From positions 372,001 to 436,000 of the forward strand of contig AP026129.1 in assembly GCA_030295235.1 (NCBI GenBank): 64,000 nucleotides of DNA. Direction: 5' to 3'. Below are positions 9,937 through 21,501 of the stretch, piece after piece. How positions within the stretch are numbered: the stretch's first letter is position 1; each line of letters starts with the position of its first letter. Origin of the DNA: Fistulifera solaris (lineage: Eukaryota). Under the pieces are notes generated by a model, which saw nothing but the letters and a program-made list of their open reading frames with translations, was not told where the DNA came from and made no database searches. Both the position numbers and the translations under genes were made by a program.

Positions 9937-12521
9937 ATGAGAAGAATAAACAGTCTGCTGGTATTGTTGGCCTTCCGAGAAGCGGCGTCGTGGCTAAGGT
10001 GTAACACGATGAGGACACGACCAAAAATAATGACACACTCACAGCACACAAGACAAACAATCTACAAGCAAAGGCACGTCACGGCCAGGCAAAAAGCCGT
10101 TATAACTGCTGCTACAACAATACAATCCGCCATCGAAAGCGAGGAACCGCTCTTGGACCTCAATTTGCTAATGATTGATTACTACGATTCGTTCACTTAC
10201 AATCTGGTTCACATGCTGGCCAAGTTGTGTCGGAAGCCTCCCTTGGTTCTCACGGCGGACTGTGCCAAATCGTGGGACGAGCTTATGAAACAAATCAACG
10301 CTATGAATATGACTGCGATTGATGGAGTCATATTATCCCCTGGTCCGGGCCATCCGTGTCACGCGCCTCCGTTGGGGATCGATATCATCAAGAACAATCC
10401 TCAGCTTCCTATACTGGGTGTGTGCTTAGGACACCAAATACTAGGACATGTGTATGGAGCCAAAGTTCAAAGTGCACCGGTGCCCATTCATGGGCAAGTC
10501 TGGCCTGTGCGCATCGTTGACAAAGACGATGATGTGTGGCGAAACATATCATCTCCTGTGCCAGTTACGCGCTACCATTCGTTGTGTGTCACCGACTTGC
10601 CTCCTTTACTCACAACAACAGCCGTATCCGATGATGACGACCAGCTGATTATGGGACTGCGTCATAACGAGTATCCTCATTATGGAGTGCAATTTCATCC
10701 CGAATCTATCGGCACCCCGTGCGGGCGAGAATTGTTACGAAATTTTTGCCAAGTCGTGGTAAAGAACAAGGAGACGTCGTCTTTGGGCAAGAAAATGGAG
10801 GAAACGAACAGCAGGCATCAACCCTCAACGAATAGCATCGAACATGATGACAGGACGCGCAATTCTGTGTTTTTGGAGACCGAAGTGTTTGTGTTGCAGC
10901 TCCCAAGAGTAAACGCAGAGCCAGAGGATGTCATGAAAAAGTTCTTACTCGGAGATGAGTATTCGTTCTGGTTAGATTCCTCGGACATTCGCGCGGACCC
11001 TTCTATCTCTATTTTGGGAAGCAGTAAAGAGCGTGTTGAATATTGGGGAAAAGAAAAATCATCGCATCGTCAGGGATTGTATCATTGGCACGATAACGAA
11101 ATGGAACATTTCGAGAACCTTGATATTTTGACTTATATGGAGAAGCAATATACGACCACGACAAATTCTGTGTCTATAGTATCCATCGATGCCAATGGCA
11201 ATTTGAACTTGGAAAAGAAACGGAAATGGACTTAAATCTTCCTTTTCGATTCCGCGGAGGTCATGTCGGTTATTTGGGTTATGAAGTCCGACATGATACG
11301 CTTCGATTTCTGGAACAGCAAGATCACGGTCAACACATCGCGGGGCGTATCCAACCCGATGATTCCACCAATATCCCAACAGCAGCTTTTCTCGTAGCCG
11401 ATCGCTCGTTTGTCTTTGATCATTCTGCTAATTGTTGGTACCTTGTTGGGACAAGCGACTCGTCTAGGTCACGCGAAGAGGTTATTATGTGGTTGAAGGA
11501 TATCTTCGATGAGTTACAATGCTGGACTCCGGTCGTCGATGATGACGATCTCAATCTTGATCTGCGAAGTATTAAGAGCTCATCTACAGATTCTCAATTC
11601 TTTCGTCCGCATCGGTCAGAAACCACTTATAATTTCAATTTTGATGAGTGTATAAAGTGCATTAACCGCGGCGATTCCTATGAGCTGTGTCTGACCAATC
11701 AATTGGAAGCTAAGGTATCTCCTGATCTCGATCCCTTTCAGCTCTATCGACGGCTCCGTCGTCGTAACCCTGCTCCTTATGGGGCTTTCTTCCGCTGGGG
11801 AGAGCAATTCTCCATTTGCTGCTCGAGCCCCGAACGTTTCCTCTCGGTGACGCGAGATGGAGTTGACTTTTGCGTCGAGACCAAACCCATCAAGGGAACC
11901 ATTGCGCGAGCTCTTCCTGCTATTACCAAAGAGCAACAAGAAGCCGATCAGGCGCGTGCTCGTGAACTGCAAAACTCAGTGAAAGATCGTGCAGAGAATC
12001 TAATGATTGTTGACTTGTTGCGGAATGACTTTAGTCGCGTCTGCAACGACGTTTATGTCGCCAAGCTAATGGAGATTGAAACGTTTGCGACTGTACATCA
12101 GATGGTATCAACCATTCGAGGAACGCTGCAAAAGGACAGGAATGTGATTGACGTTTTAAAAGCCTGCTTTCCGGGAGGAAGTATGACCGGGGCACCGAAA
12201 CGGATCACTATGGACATCCTCGACGAGCTGGAGGAGGGTCGCGCACGGGGTCCCTATTCGGGTAGCTTGGGATATTTTAGTCGTAATGGATGCATGGACA
12301 TGAACATAGTAATCCGAACGGCTGTAGTGGAAGGATCTAAGGTAACTGTTGGATCCGGTGGTGCAATTACTGCCTTGAGTCAACAGACGGACGAATACAA
12401 TGAGCTCATGTTGAAAGCAAGTGCCGTTGTCAACACCGTCGAGGAATGGGCCGGAGGGCTCCCCGACGACGCAACGCCGTCTGACTGCCGTATTTCTACT
12501 CTCGAAGCCACTCGTATGTAA
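9937..12521 (+). CDS. pabAB: Aminodeoxychorismate synthase (fused PabA-PabB), folate biosynthesis
   Basis: GATase domain IDYYDSFTYN, SPGPG, GVCLGHQ, QFHPES; chorismate-binding domain GYLGYE, SYELCLT, SSPERF, KPIKGT, ENLMIVDLLRND, FPGGSMTGAPK; frameshift at A-run ~11213-11216. Confidence 0.92.
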
Positions 12522-12681
12522 AGGTGAATTAAGTAAACCAATTTTGAGCTGTAAATGAATAAAACTTATTGGGTATTGGGCAGGATTGTTGCCCCCTGAT
12601 CATTCCTTTAGATGCATTTCATCAAATTTTTGATAAAGAATAAATTCGGAAAGGCTGCTCATATTCTTTCTACTGCTCTTC

Positions 12682-13201
12682 TTACAAGCAAAAGAAAGGT
12701 AGAACGAATAAAAGAGGCAAGAGAAGCGGAATCGCTAACAAGCTCAACCCGCAGGTGCAACAAGACGTGCACACGGCGGCTAAGATCATCATGAGAATAC
12801 TAAAAGACACCATGAAACAGCCTCCTCTGTTCCTGTACGAAACAGAGATTGTACCCTTTGAGTATCCGTAATCTTTCAAAGTCGCATCCTCCGCAAGGGG
12901 CTTTCCGTTCCAGATTAAAAAGAGATCGCGGCTAGCCCAAACAAGGCTCGGGTCCTCTTGTGTCTTTAGTTTGTGAACAACAAGGGCTTCCTTAATTGAC
13001 GCAATATCCATGTCAGGGTCAAGCCACAAGCAGAGGGTCTACCATACGTGATGACGTGAGACGAAAACAGCTATATTGTAGCGACTTACGCGCACTCGAA
13101 ACACTTACTTGACCGTCCACGAAACGAAAGAAGACATTCACATGTTCGAGCGAAACATGCGGAATTGCTTCGACAGAGCGGGGAGCAGCAACTAAAGCCA
13201 T
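12682..13201 (-). CDS. Ubiquitin-like domain protein with RGG followed by a Cys-rich hydrophobic tail
   Basis: Exon 13201-13109, GT-AG intron 13108-13039, exon 13038-12682; beta-grasp pattern VFFRFVDGQTLCL...LIWNGKPLAEDATLKDYG...YRNRGG then a ~45 aa hydrophobic segment. Confidence 0.75.
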
Positions 13202-13658
13202 GGTGGGAAATGAAATATTACAGCGTCACGAAGCAAGATAATGGACCAATGCCAGCACCTTTCTTTGTCGTTTCTGTTCGAATGGGCACGAAAAGATCGA
13301 CGCGTCCTTTTTGCGCCGTATCCTTTCTGTGATTTTTTGGGAGAAAACGAAAAGTTCGAAATATTTCGCTTAATGTCCGGTATACGATCCACCTTCTCCT
13401 CTTATGCATTCCGCTTTTATGAATCTATGTAGCAAACATCAATTCTACACCTTATGCTTATAGACTTGAGAGGGTGGAGAAAGTTTTGCAGTAATCAAAC
13501 GCAAAACGACAACCAACGAAAAAATAACTTTGAAAGCTTTATCGCTGTCATCAATATCTTTCACTTTACCGAGTCTATTATTAACTTTCTTTCTTTTGAA
13601 TGCCTGAAAAACTAGACAAAAGACAAACATAACAATTAACAACAGACTATACACCAAC

Positions 13659-14395
13659 ATGCCGAAACGCCGCAAAGCAGTTCCTCTCATTCCTCCCAAC
13701 CATCCCTCCCGAAAACAAGCACGGCGCATTACGACCCTGTTTCACAAATATACACGGCAATTGGATGCTGCTCGTGCAAATGGAGAACAAGAGAAAGTTG
13801 AAACCCTAGAACGGAATATTGTGGAAATGGGAGGTCGTCCGGCCTACCAGCGCGCGAGTCAAGTGAGCACGTCCTACTTTTCGACCAGCAAAAAGTGGGT
13901 ACTCGGGGTATTGGGCCGTAACGGGTGGCTTCATGGGATCAAAGTGAACGGTGATGTTACGACCGGTGAGCGAAAGAAACCGCGACGAGTTACTCGCTTA
14001 CTGGAAATTGGTGCCATCAACACGGATCTTGTTGTGGATGCGACGCAAAAGTATCCTCTCCTTTCTGTTCGAGCTATCGATCTCAATTCTATGCATCCGG
14101 CTATTGAAGAAGCAGACTTTTGCAGCTACCTTTGGAAGCAACCTTTGATGTTCTGGTTTGCAGTATGGTATTGAATTGCGTGACCACGGCGTCTGATCGA
14201 GGAAGGATGATGTTGCGACTGTCTTATTTTCTGGATAACAATGGAATACTTTTCTTGACAATTCCAAAATCGTGTCTTTCTCTGGCATCGTATATGAGCA
14301 AAGAGAGATTTCAGGAGATTCTGAAGGACTGTGGCTTTGAAATAACAGAATCAAACGAAACACCCAAGATCTCCTTCTTTCAATGCAAAAGGTAG
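13659..14395 (+). CDS. Bmt2-like 25S rRNA adenine-N1 methyltransferase
   Basis: MGGRPAYQRAS, STSKKW, LLEIGA, AIDLNS, EEADF, FDVLVCSMVLNCV, RGRM; frameshift in T-run 14118-14121. Confidence 0.8.
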
Positions 14396-14587
14396 CAAAT
14401 CCATCCGACAACATTGCTACGAAATGGAATGTGGCGACTTCACTCTATCGTGGCAAGAAATATAGGAATGATTTTGCAGTCACTTTCAACACAAAGGATC
14501 TACAAATCACAGCACAGAAGTAGTACGGGCTCTATCTTATTATCGTATTCACTCTACGACTACGAGATGGTTCAGTGATCCGGCACT

Positions 14588-15871
14588 TCAGACAAACAGA
14601 AGTAGTGCAAGGACGGCAAGTGCTAAGGATCCCAATTTGTCGTGTGTGGCGCCAGTCGCCGAATCAGCATCTATCCCGGCTCCTGCACCGATTCCCCCTG
14701 TCACCGGTGTTGAAGAGTCGTCTGGAAAATCATTCGATGGAAAATTCGTCGGGGATTTGGGATTGATTGATAAAGAAGGAGCTTTCGACGGCATATCAGT
14801 TGGTTTGACGGTCGGTGTTCCAGGAATCGAATATGCTATCGGTACAGGTGCTAAGGAGGAAGCGGGGGTCTGCGTATTGGATATCACTTCGGTAACAACA
14901 GTAGGAGCAATGGATGGTACGCTGGAGTCTGCTTCGGAAGTAGATTCCATCGTTGGGATTACTGAGGGAATGATGGTCATTGGCTCGGAAGTCGCTGTAG
15001 CGGGCAGATCTTGGGCTAGATAGGGAGCAGTGGTCACTCTGTCGAAAGTAGCTTCAGGACTTAGAGCTGGCGATAGAGAGGGGACGTAGGTCGTTGCTGC
15101 TACAGGCTGTGGGGTCGTCAATTCACAGCGCCACCGCGCCACAGGAAGGGGGTCAAATATGCCGTTTGAAATAAGTTGTATCGATTGAGGCGCTGGAGAT
15201 TCTGGTGTGGGCTTATCAGTGTACGTAAATCCCGTGCTTGTCCCCGCATCCAGAGCCCAGGTTTCGATGACTAAGTCGCTATACCAGAATCCATCTTGCT
15301 GTGTGCTAAATGCATCAAACCCAGTGAGCCAATCTGGACTTGGCGAAAGACGGGTAACAGCTGTTACGAACGGACGCGACTTGTCTACTTTGGAGTCCAT
15401 TCAATCGGAAAGTATTGACCTGTTTTAAGGGCATGTCGACGCCCTTTTGACATCTTTGATTGCATTTGTCTTGTCGTAAACGGCAATGATATCCATTTCG
15501 AGGTCCTGTGTAATTCCAGCCTTAAAGATTGAGGCTTTGTTGAGTGCAATGATACTCGACTAGAAGATTAAACGAGTTGTAGACTGCACCAGTAAGAAGA
15601 AGCTTACCTCTGCGTATAATTGTAAACCCGTCGATGCTAATTCGTTCAAAACAAACATGGCATATGCGGTACCATGTGAAACGACTATGGGTACTTCAAA
15701 CATAGCGTCGGAAGGAAAGTCTCGTGGATGGCGTTCCGGGGTCCAAAGGCTAGTGATCCGACAATCAAACGATGCAGGAACGGTGACTGGGAGCGACGAC
15801 AGCATCGACGAAATCACATCGTAAGCGGCAATCGACGCTAACAACAGCGGTGAAAGAATTAGTCCTTTCAT
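14588..15871 (-). CDS. Secreted Spondin_N-domain protein with Pro/Thr/Ser-rich stalk and likely GPI signal
   Basis: Signal peptide, LWTPERHPRDFP, ASTGLQLYAE, intron 15607-15521, PSPDWLTG, LDAGT; PT-rich region and hydrophobic C-terminus; frameshift near 15393. Confidence 0.8.
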
Positions 15872-16292
15872 TTGATGTGGATGAGTGTTTTATATGAAAT
15901 AGCTATAAACAATGATCCAGTCGTCAATTTGTTGCTCATTGTTCATGTTGCATCTTTGCTTCGTTTCCCGCAAGCTTGTGCTTTCTTCGCTCGTTCGTCG
16001 TTTTCAAACGAGTACCGCTGGATGTCGGAATAGACAGGACGAAGGTATTTGGTAACGGTACTTTACTTGCGACACTCTTCACATTTTGTACGGCGTGAGT
16101 CGTGAGTGAGGAGTCGGGCCGCTCTCTCGATGATGATTCTTGATTCTCGCCTCGATTTTCCGTCAACGGAAAAGGTCGAACGGACTAAGTCTTGGACTAA
16201 GTACTTGTACTCATTGTACAACCAAATGCCAAATGTGTCAGCTATTAGTTACTACGGAGTATATACCTGTTCAATGTTGAACTTTTGTATTT

Positions 16293-16355
16293 CCCATTTC
16301 CCTACATTTTGCGTTTTGCGTTAAGCCCATTTCCCTACATTTTGCGTTTTGCGTT
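16293..16355. repeat. Direct repeat, 2 x 30 bp (33 bp period)
   Basis: cccatttccctacattttgcgttttgcgtt at 16293-16322 and 16326-16355. Confidence 0.9.
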
Positions 16356-16499
16356 GCATTGAGATTTGAGATTCTACATGCATCCTCAAAGAAAAAGGAT
16401 CATGTATTATGTACTTGTATCATGTTCGACGTTCGTGCCGTGCACCGTCTATCGTGTACTATAAATCTGGCGTACGCACTGCGTCTTCTTTCTTTTTTT

Positions 16500-16866
16500 A
16501 TTTCGTTGAGTGTTGAGTCGCCCGTTGTCCGTTGTCCCGTTGCCCGTTGGACGTGGACAGTGGACCGTGGCACGATTGAGAGTTGAGGGCTATGACCAGA
16601 TGACCAGTGTCAATGATGAAATATCAAACAAGATGTAACATGCGGATTGGATTGCGCATTGCGCACTGCGCACTTCGCATTGCGCAGAGCGCGGAGCGAA
16701 GAACAAAGAACACCCCAATCAATGTCTCACGTCTCACGTCTCACCACTCACCACTCACCATCCATCCATTCACTGACTCTATCAGAAAATGTAGTCTAAA
16801 CTTCCAGAAGTCAATAAGAATAGTTTGTGTTCGACATTCGACATAGAACATACAAAGTACAAAGTA
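16500..16866. repeat. Low-complexity region of mixed heptamer tandem repeats
   Basis: gttgagt x2, ccgttg runs, gcgcaNN x6, gtctcac x3, cactcac x2, tcgacat x2, tacaaag x2. Confidence 0.8.
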
Positions 16867-17110
16867 GACAAACAAATGAGATGATGACGCATGTTTGCCA
16901 AGCGAAAAATTTAATCCCTTATCCCTTAGAGATCCTACCAACTACGAAGTACAAAACAGGCCCTTGTAAATTAAGCGCTGAAGTGCCAACTTCCTGGTAC
17001 ATTTCCTACGAATTCCTTCGGGAAATCAGCAAGCGTTTTTGGCCCTCAACATGTTTTTGGACCTTCTCATACAAGTACTTCTAAAAATCCTGCGATCGGC
17101 CGACAACAAC

Positions 17111-17761
17111 ATGAACTGTTCTGCTGTTTGCAATGCCATCGGATGTCGGACCAGAGCAAAATACCGCTGCAGCGACTGTCAAAAAGTCTGGTATTGTTCA
17201 CAGATGTGCCAAGAGAAGGACTGGAAGCTACACCACAAAGATCTCTGTCCTATCTACAAGATATCCGATGATGAGGGGCCCGCTGGGCTCCTCATGTTAA
17301 TCGAGATGCTTTTTGGAAAAGTTCCGTGGCACTGCGTCTTTAATGACGAAGCAAGATTGCGGCGTTTTGCCAAAGGATCACTTGATATGGGAATCAGCAT
17401 TGAAGACAGCGATGGACGTCCTCTGACCATGGATATCTACGACTACGAACTGTCTCCAGAAGAACGTCAAGCAGCTATGCTTGGCCTTGTCATGTCTCGT
17501 ATGACTGACCTTCTTCCTGACTCTAGCCTGATCGAAAAGATGCTAGGTAAAATCCCCATCAATTGTCATCAGTGCGGCTACCGCGGGGCCAATCAAAACC
17601 TTCGTCCCGATGCAAATCTAGCAGGAACTCGATTTCTGTGCCTCCCTTGTGATTCCAAGAACGAAGTCTTGTATGACTTCAATTGCTTGAACTGGAACCA
17701 GGTTGGTCCAGAGGATCCAGATAAGTTTCCCGAATGGGTCAATGATGTCCTTTTCTCTTGA
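17111..17761 (+). CDS. MYND zinc-finger protein with additional C-terminal Cys pairs
   Basis: CNAIGC...CSDCQKVWYCSQMCQEKDWKLHHKDLC is a canonical zf-MYND; later CHQC and CLPC. Confidence 0.8.
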   Translation: MNCSAVCNAIGCRTRAKYRCSDCQKVWYCSQMCQEKDWKLHHKDLCPIYKISDDEGPAGLLMLIEMLFGKVPWHCVFNDEARLRRFAKGSLDMGISIEDSDGRPLTMDIYDYELSPEERQAAMLGLVMSRMTDLLPDSSLIEKMLGKIPINCHQCGYRGANQNLRPDANLAGTRFLCLPCDSKNEVLYDFNCLNWNQVGPEDPDKFPEWVNDVLFS

Positions 17762-18059
17762 AAGACACGAATACTCCCGCTAAAAATAGTTGTGCTAACC
17801 AAACAAACATAGAATAAAATTGAACAATTCCAGTTAAGAGGTCATCGGGTTGTCGATCGACACCTTCCTACATCATTTTCTGTCATTATTTGTCAATTCC
17901 CACCAACCTGTCCTCGGGACAAAGATCAACGAATGGCCATGCAGTTAGTACCGCTGAGAGAGCACCATAGCCGGTTTTTTCCTTTTTTCTTTGACGATAC
18001 GACGCGAGATGAGGAGCAAATTCTATTCGGTTGCAACATAATAATATCTTGCAGAAACT

Positions 18060-18884
18060 ATGGCAGTGACAAGCGGATTTATTACCCTCTTTACTCGTTT
18101 CCGTCTCTCTCAAAGATCTCCTCCTGGAATCCGCCGCCAAATTATGACGACAACCTACACACATCCGGTCCCAGAAGTTACCGCCATTCCGATTGTCGAC
18201 CAGCCTTCGTTGCACTTTCCGATCCGGCGTATCTATTGCGTGGGTCGAAATTACGCCGAGCACGCACGTGAGATGGGAAGTGATCCCGATCGTGAGCCTC
18301 CTTTTTTCTTCTCCAAACCACGAGACGCGGCTGTTCATTGTCCTGCTCAAATTCCGTACGCTTTGGCCACACACAATCTTCATTATGAAATTGAACTTGT
18401 CGTCGCAATGGGTAAATCGGTGCAGTGCATCAATGTCCGTGACGCTCCGTCCTGTATCTATGGATTAGCTGTCGGTGTCGATCTGACACGGCGTGACTTG
18501 CAGGCCGTGGCCAAAGAAAAATCAAGGCCTTGGGATTGTAGCAAGGGCTTTGATTGGTCCGCGCCGATGAGCTCGATTCAGCCTCTGGATCAATGCTCTT
18601 CTGATTTAAAAGAGATCATACAGGGAAATACGGCAAACAAAGAAACCAGTATATGGCTGGATGTGAATGGAGAACGCAAGCAATTCGGCAAGCTGAGTGA
18701 CATGACTTGGTCGATACCAGAGATTATTTCGATTCTATCGCAGCAGTTTCGTCTAGAACCTGGAGATGTTATATTTACTGGCACACCAAGTGGTGTAGGC
18801 CCTTTACAAATAGGCGATGTTATAGAAGGCGGCGTCGACGGCTTGACAACTCGACTTGAAGTATCGATTGTGGAGTCAGTCTAG
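18060..18884 (+). CDS. Fumarylacetoacetate hydrolase-family protein (FAHD1/fumarylpyruvate hydrolase-like), organelle presequence
   Basis: IYCVGRNYAEH, PFFFSKP, HYEIELVV, DLTRRDLQ, PWDCSKGFD, PGDVIFTGTPSGVG. Confidence 0.9.
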   Translation: MAVTSGFITLFTRFRLSQRSPPGIRRQIMTTTYTHPVPEVTAIPIVDQPSLHFPIRRIYCVGRNYAEHAREMGSDPDREPPFFFSKPRDAAVHCPAQIPYALATHNLHYEIELVVAMGKSVQCINVRDAPSCIYGLAVGVDLTRRDLQAVAKEKSRPWDCSKGFDWSAPMSSIQPLDQCSSDLKEIIQGNTANKETSIWLDVNGERKQFGKLSDMTWSIPEIISILSQQFRLEPGDVIFTGTPSGVGPLQIGDVIEGGVDGLTTRLEVSIVESV

Positions 18885-19088
18885 TTGAATATTTCGAATA
18901 ATGGAGTGCGATCTGCATATTTTAAGTAACTTTTGTAAGTACCAATAGCTTTATAAACTATTATTCTCATACCGCAACTTGTCAGTGAAGACCAGCAACC
19001 TTTAAAGCGCATTTTCACAACATAAAGAACTACTTCTTATCTGCTGTAATTGGTTTCTCCTCGTGACTGGATCTCAGTCATGAAGTTG

Positions 19089-19365
19089 AAAAAATAAATG
19101 GCTATCCCTACAAGAGAACCGGGTCCCGAATACAAGTTAGAGAATTAAACTGACCCAGTGGACATGGCTGGAAATCCGCCGAACACCAAACCACTGCCAC
19201 GTCACTGGTGACCAAGAGGGCTGAGGGCTCCTGTCTGATTCAGACACGATTGTCTCACGACTCTCATCTATAGCGCTGATCGCCAACATCGACCAACCGC
19301 CGTACCAGGTATCGAACCTCGCCCCTCCAGTTTCGGCAACTGGAGAGCAACCATCGAGCCGATTG
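19089..19365 (-). ncRNA. tRNA-derived Pol III element (SINE-like or structured ncRNA)
   Basis: Minus strand: A-box-like CGGCTCGATGG, 8-bp hairpin (19325-19345), B-box GGTTCGATACC (19308-19318), no T4 run until T6 at 19089-19094; no acceptor stem, so not a tRNA. Confidence 0.5.
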
Positions 19366-19748
19366 TTTTGGGCGCTTTAATGCCTTTTCCTTCATCGTTC
19401 CCCGAATGCAATCGCCATTCTATTTGCATAAAGCATCACAAAAAAATCACAGAGAGTGATGACGATGCTTTCTGTAGGTCAGTCATCTCTCGATTATAAT
19501 ATTTCGTCGCGTCGTGCTGTAGCAAGCTTCCTTTTTACTATAGTACTAAAGTGTTGGATCAACTTTTCCATGACTGCTGGATGATTTTAGTCATGAGGTG
19601 TGCGAGGCATGTTTATTGTTGCGCATTATTTCGACCTCACACAAAAACGGGCGGCGTTGCCCTCAAACCATTTGAAATGACCCTCTATAAATAATGCCTA
19701 GCTTTGCACAAATTATTAAAAAAACAAAGTAGAATCCTTTCTTTCATC

Positions 19749-21162
19749 ATGTCGGACTTGACTGTCTACGCCGAAAAGCTTATCGCTACGTTGGCCCGCG
19801 CGTTTTACGACGACGATGTGGTGTGTCTAGTGGACGTACTCATTCGTGACAAATACTTACGCGACGACGATATGGCTCCGCGACTTCAAATACCGGTCAA
19901 AGACTTGCGAAAAACATTGCAGTTCTTGGAAGAAGAGCATTTGGTGGGATCAGAAACAGTCGACGATTTGAATCAGGGAGGAAGCCAGTCTTCGAAATTT
20001 TACTATCTCGATTATTGCCGTGCCGTTCATTCGATCCGATTGCGACTGCATTTACTCAAAAAGAAGCTGCAGGAAGACGAACTCAAAGCGCGGTCGTCTT
20101 CTTTCTATTTATGTCCTGGTTGCAAAGTAAAACGATGCAATGGTCAGTACACAGAAGAGGAAGCCCAGCAGGTGGTGGATGCGCGAACGGGAATGTTTCT
20201 GTGTCATGAGTGCTTTCGATTGTACGAAAACGATCCGGGTGCCCCTTCGATGGACACATATACATTGAAATTGGTGGATAATCGGACGGCATTAAGGGAA
20301 GCTATGGATAATTTACGTCGTTTAAACGTTCAGTTGTCGGCGAAATTCATTGGCAATACTCAACTACGAAGCGGAATTTATGATCTTTTTGCAAAAAGTG
20401 CGTGGTTCCGGCAAGTCTGCTATCACCAGTAATTTACCCTCGGAAAACTTTGCCCTCGGTATTGGTTCGAAGCGTTTGGCCGGAACCGGGCGAACGGCTG
20501 GAATCAAGGCCAAGAAGCTCGAACAACAGGGTGTAGCCACAAGCGCTGCTCAAGCTAAAAACTACCTTGTCGGGTCAGGAGGATCCAAGCAATCAGGAGA
20601 TGAAGATTTAATGTTTCTAAAGAATGCGATGGGTCATGAAATTCAATTCACTGTAGAACGGGGCGGAGGTATCCGGGCACAGCTTTTGGCAACGAAGAAG
20701 CAGCGTACGAGGAAGCTTTTGGATGCTGCCGCTAGTCGGGTTGGGGTAAGTCTTCCACTTTATACGGTACTGCAAGAAGCATCTAGAATTCGCAAGCGGA
20801 AAGACGAGGAAGAAGAAAAGGACGGAGCGCTCAAGAAGAAACAAAAAGTCGCAATCCAGACACTAGAGTTTCTCCGTGACAACATAGGTCGCTATGAAGA
20901 AGATCTCGCTCACGAAGAATTACGAGAAGCAGAAAGACAAGAGTTACGCGAAGACATGTTTGCGGTAGAAGTTGGCGAGGAGCTGGTTTTGTGCGATGAA
21001 ACTGCTGAACTCAAACAATTAGAAGAAGAAGAGAGACTCATTGCCTTTCAAGAACAGTACAAAGTGGAAGTGACACGCCAAGAGGAACTTTTGAAATCAA
21101 AAGGCCTGGGCTCCTGTATAGACGAAGAGCTTTCGATTGCCTGGGAAGAAGGTGCTCTCTGA
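19749..21162 (+). CDS. Transcription initiation factor TFIIE alpha subunit-like
   Basis: Winged-helix N-terminus (LARAFY...LRKTLQFLEEEHLV...YYLDY), Zn ribbon CPGC...FLCHEC, acidic C-terminus; frameshift in T-run 20386-20390. Confidence 0.8.
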
Positions 21163-21501
21163 CGTTGCTGTTGATTTTTTAGACAAAGATATCGTGCATT
21201 CACTGTTGTCTACTATTTTCACGTATATAGCATGAAAAAAGTGAGCGAAAGCATCAGCTAAAGTCTCTAGCATTGTTTCTGCACGTTCCTGAGATTCGTG
21301 ACTAAGATTTATTTCCTCTTCCGGGACCGCCTCCGGTACGTGCCGTATGGTACGTACAGTACACGAACGAGCAACACAAAGTACAAAGTAAGAACGAAAA
21401 AGCTGCGTTGTAATGGCGAAAACGCAAGAACTTGAACGATGTTCGAAGACATTCATTCCATTTCCTTGCCAATCTCATCATTACAACGCAGCAACCAAAG
21501 T

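Noticed and set aside
19165..19250. RNase P or SRP RNA on the plus strand
   Set aside because: GGAAATCC and ATTCAGAC words resemble RNase P conserved regions but are too close together and do not pair convincingly; no clear SRP helix 8
19295..19365. Functional tRNA gene
   Set aside because: A and B boxes are present but there is no complementary acceptor stem, the T-stem has a mismatch and there is no 7-nt anticodon loop
19400..19435. Octamer ATTTGCAT as an snRNA distal element
   Set aside because: A single 8-mer is expected by chance in 64 kb, and the octamer/Oct-1 system is not established for diatoms
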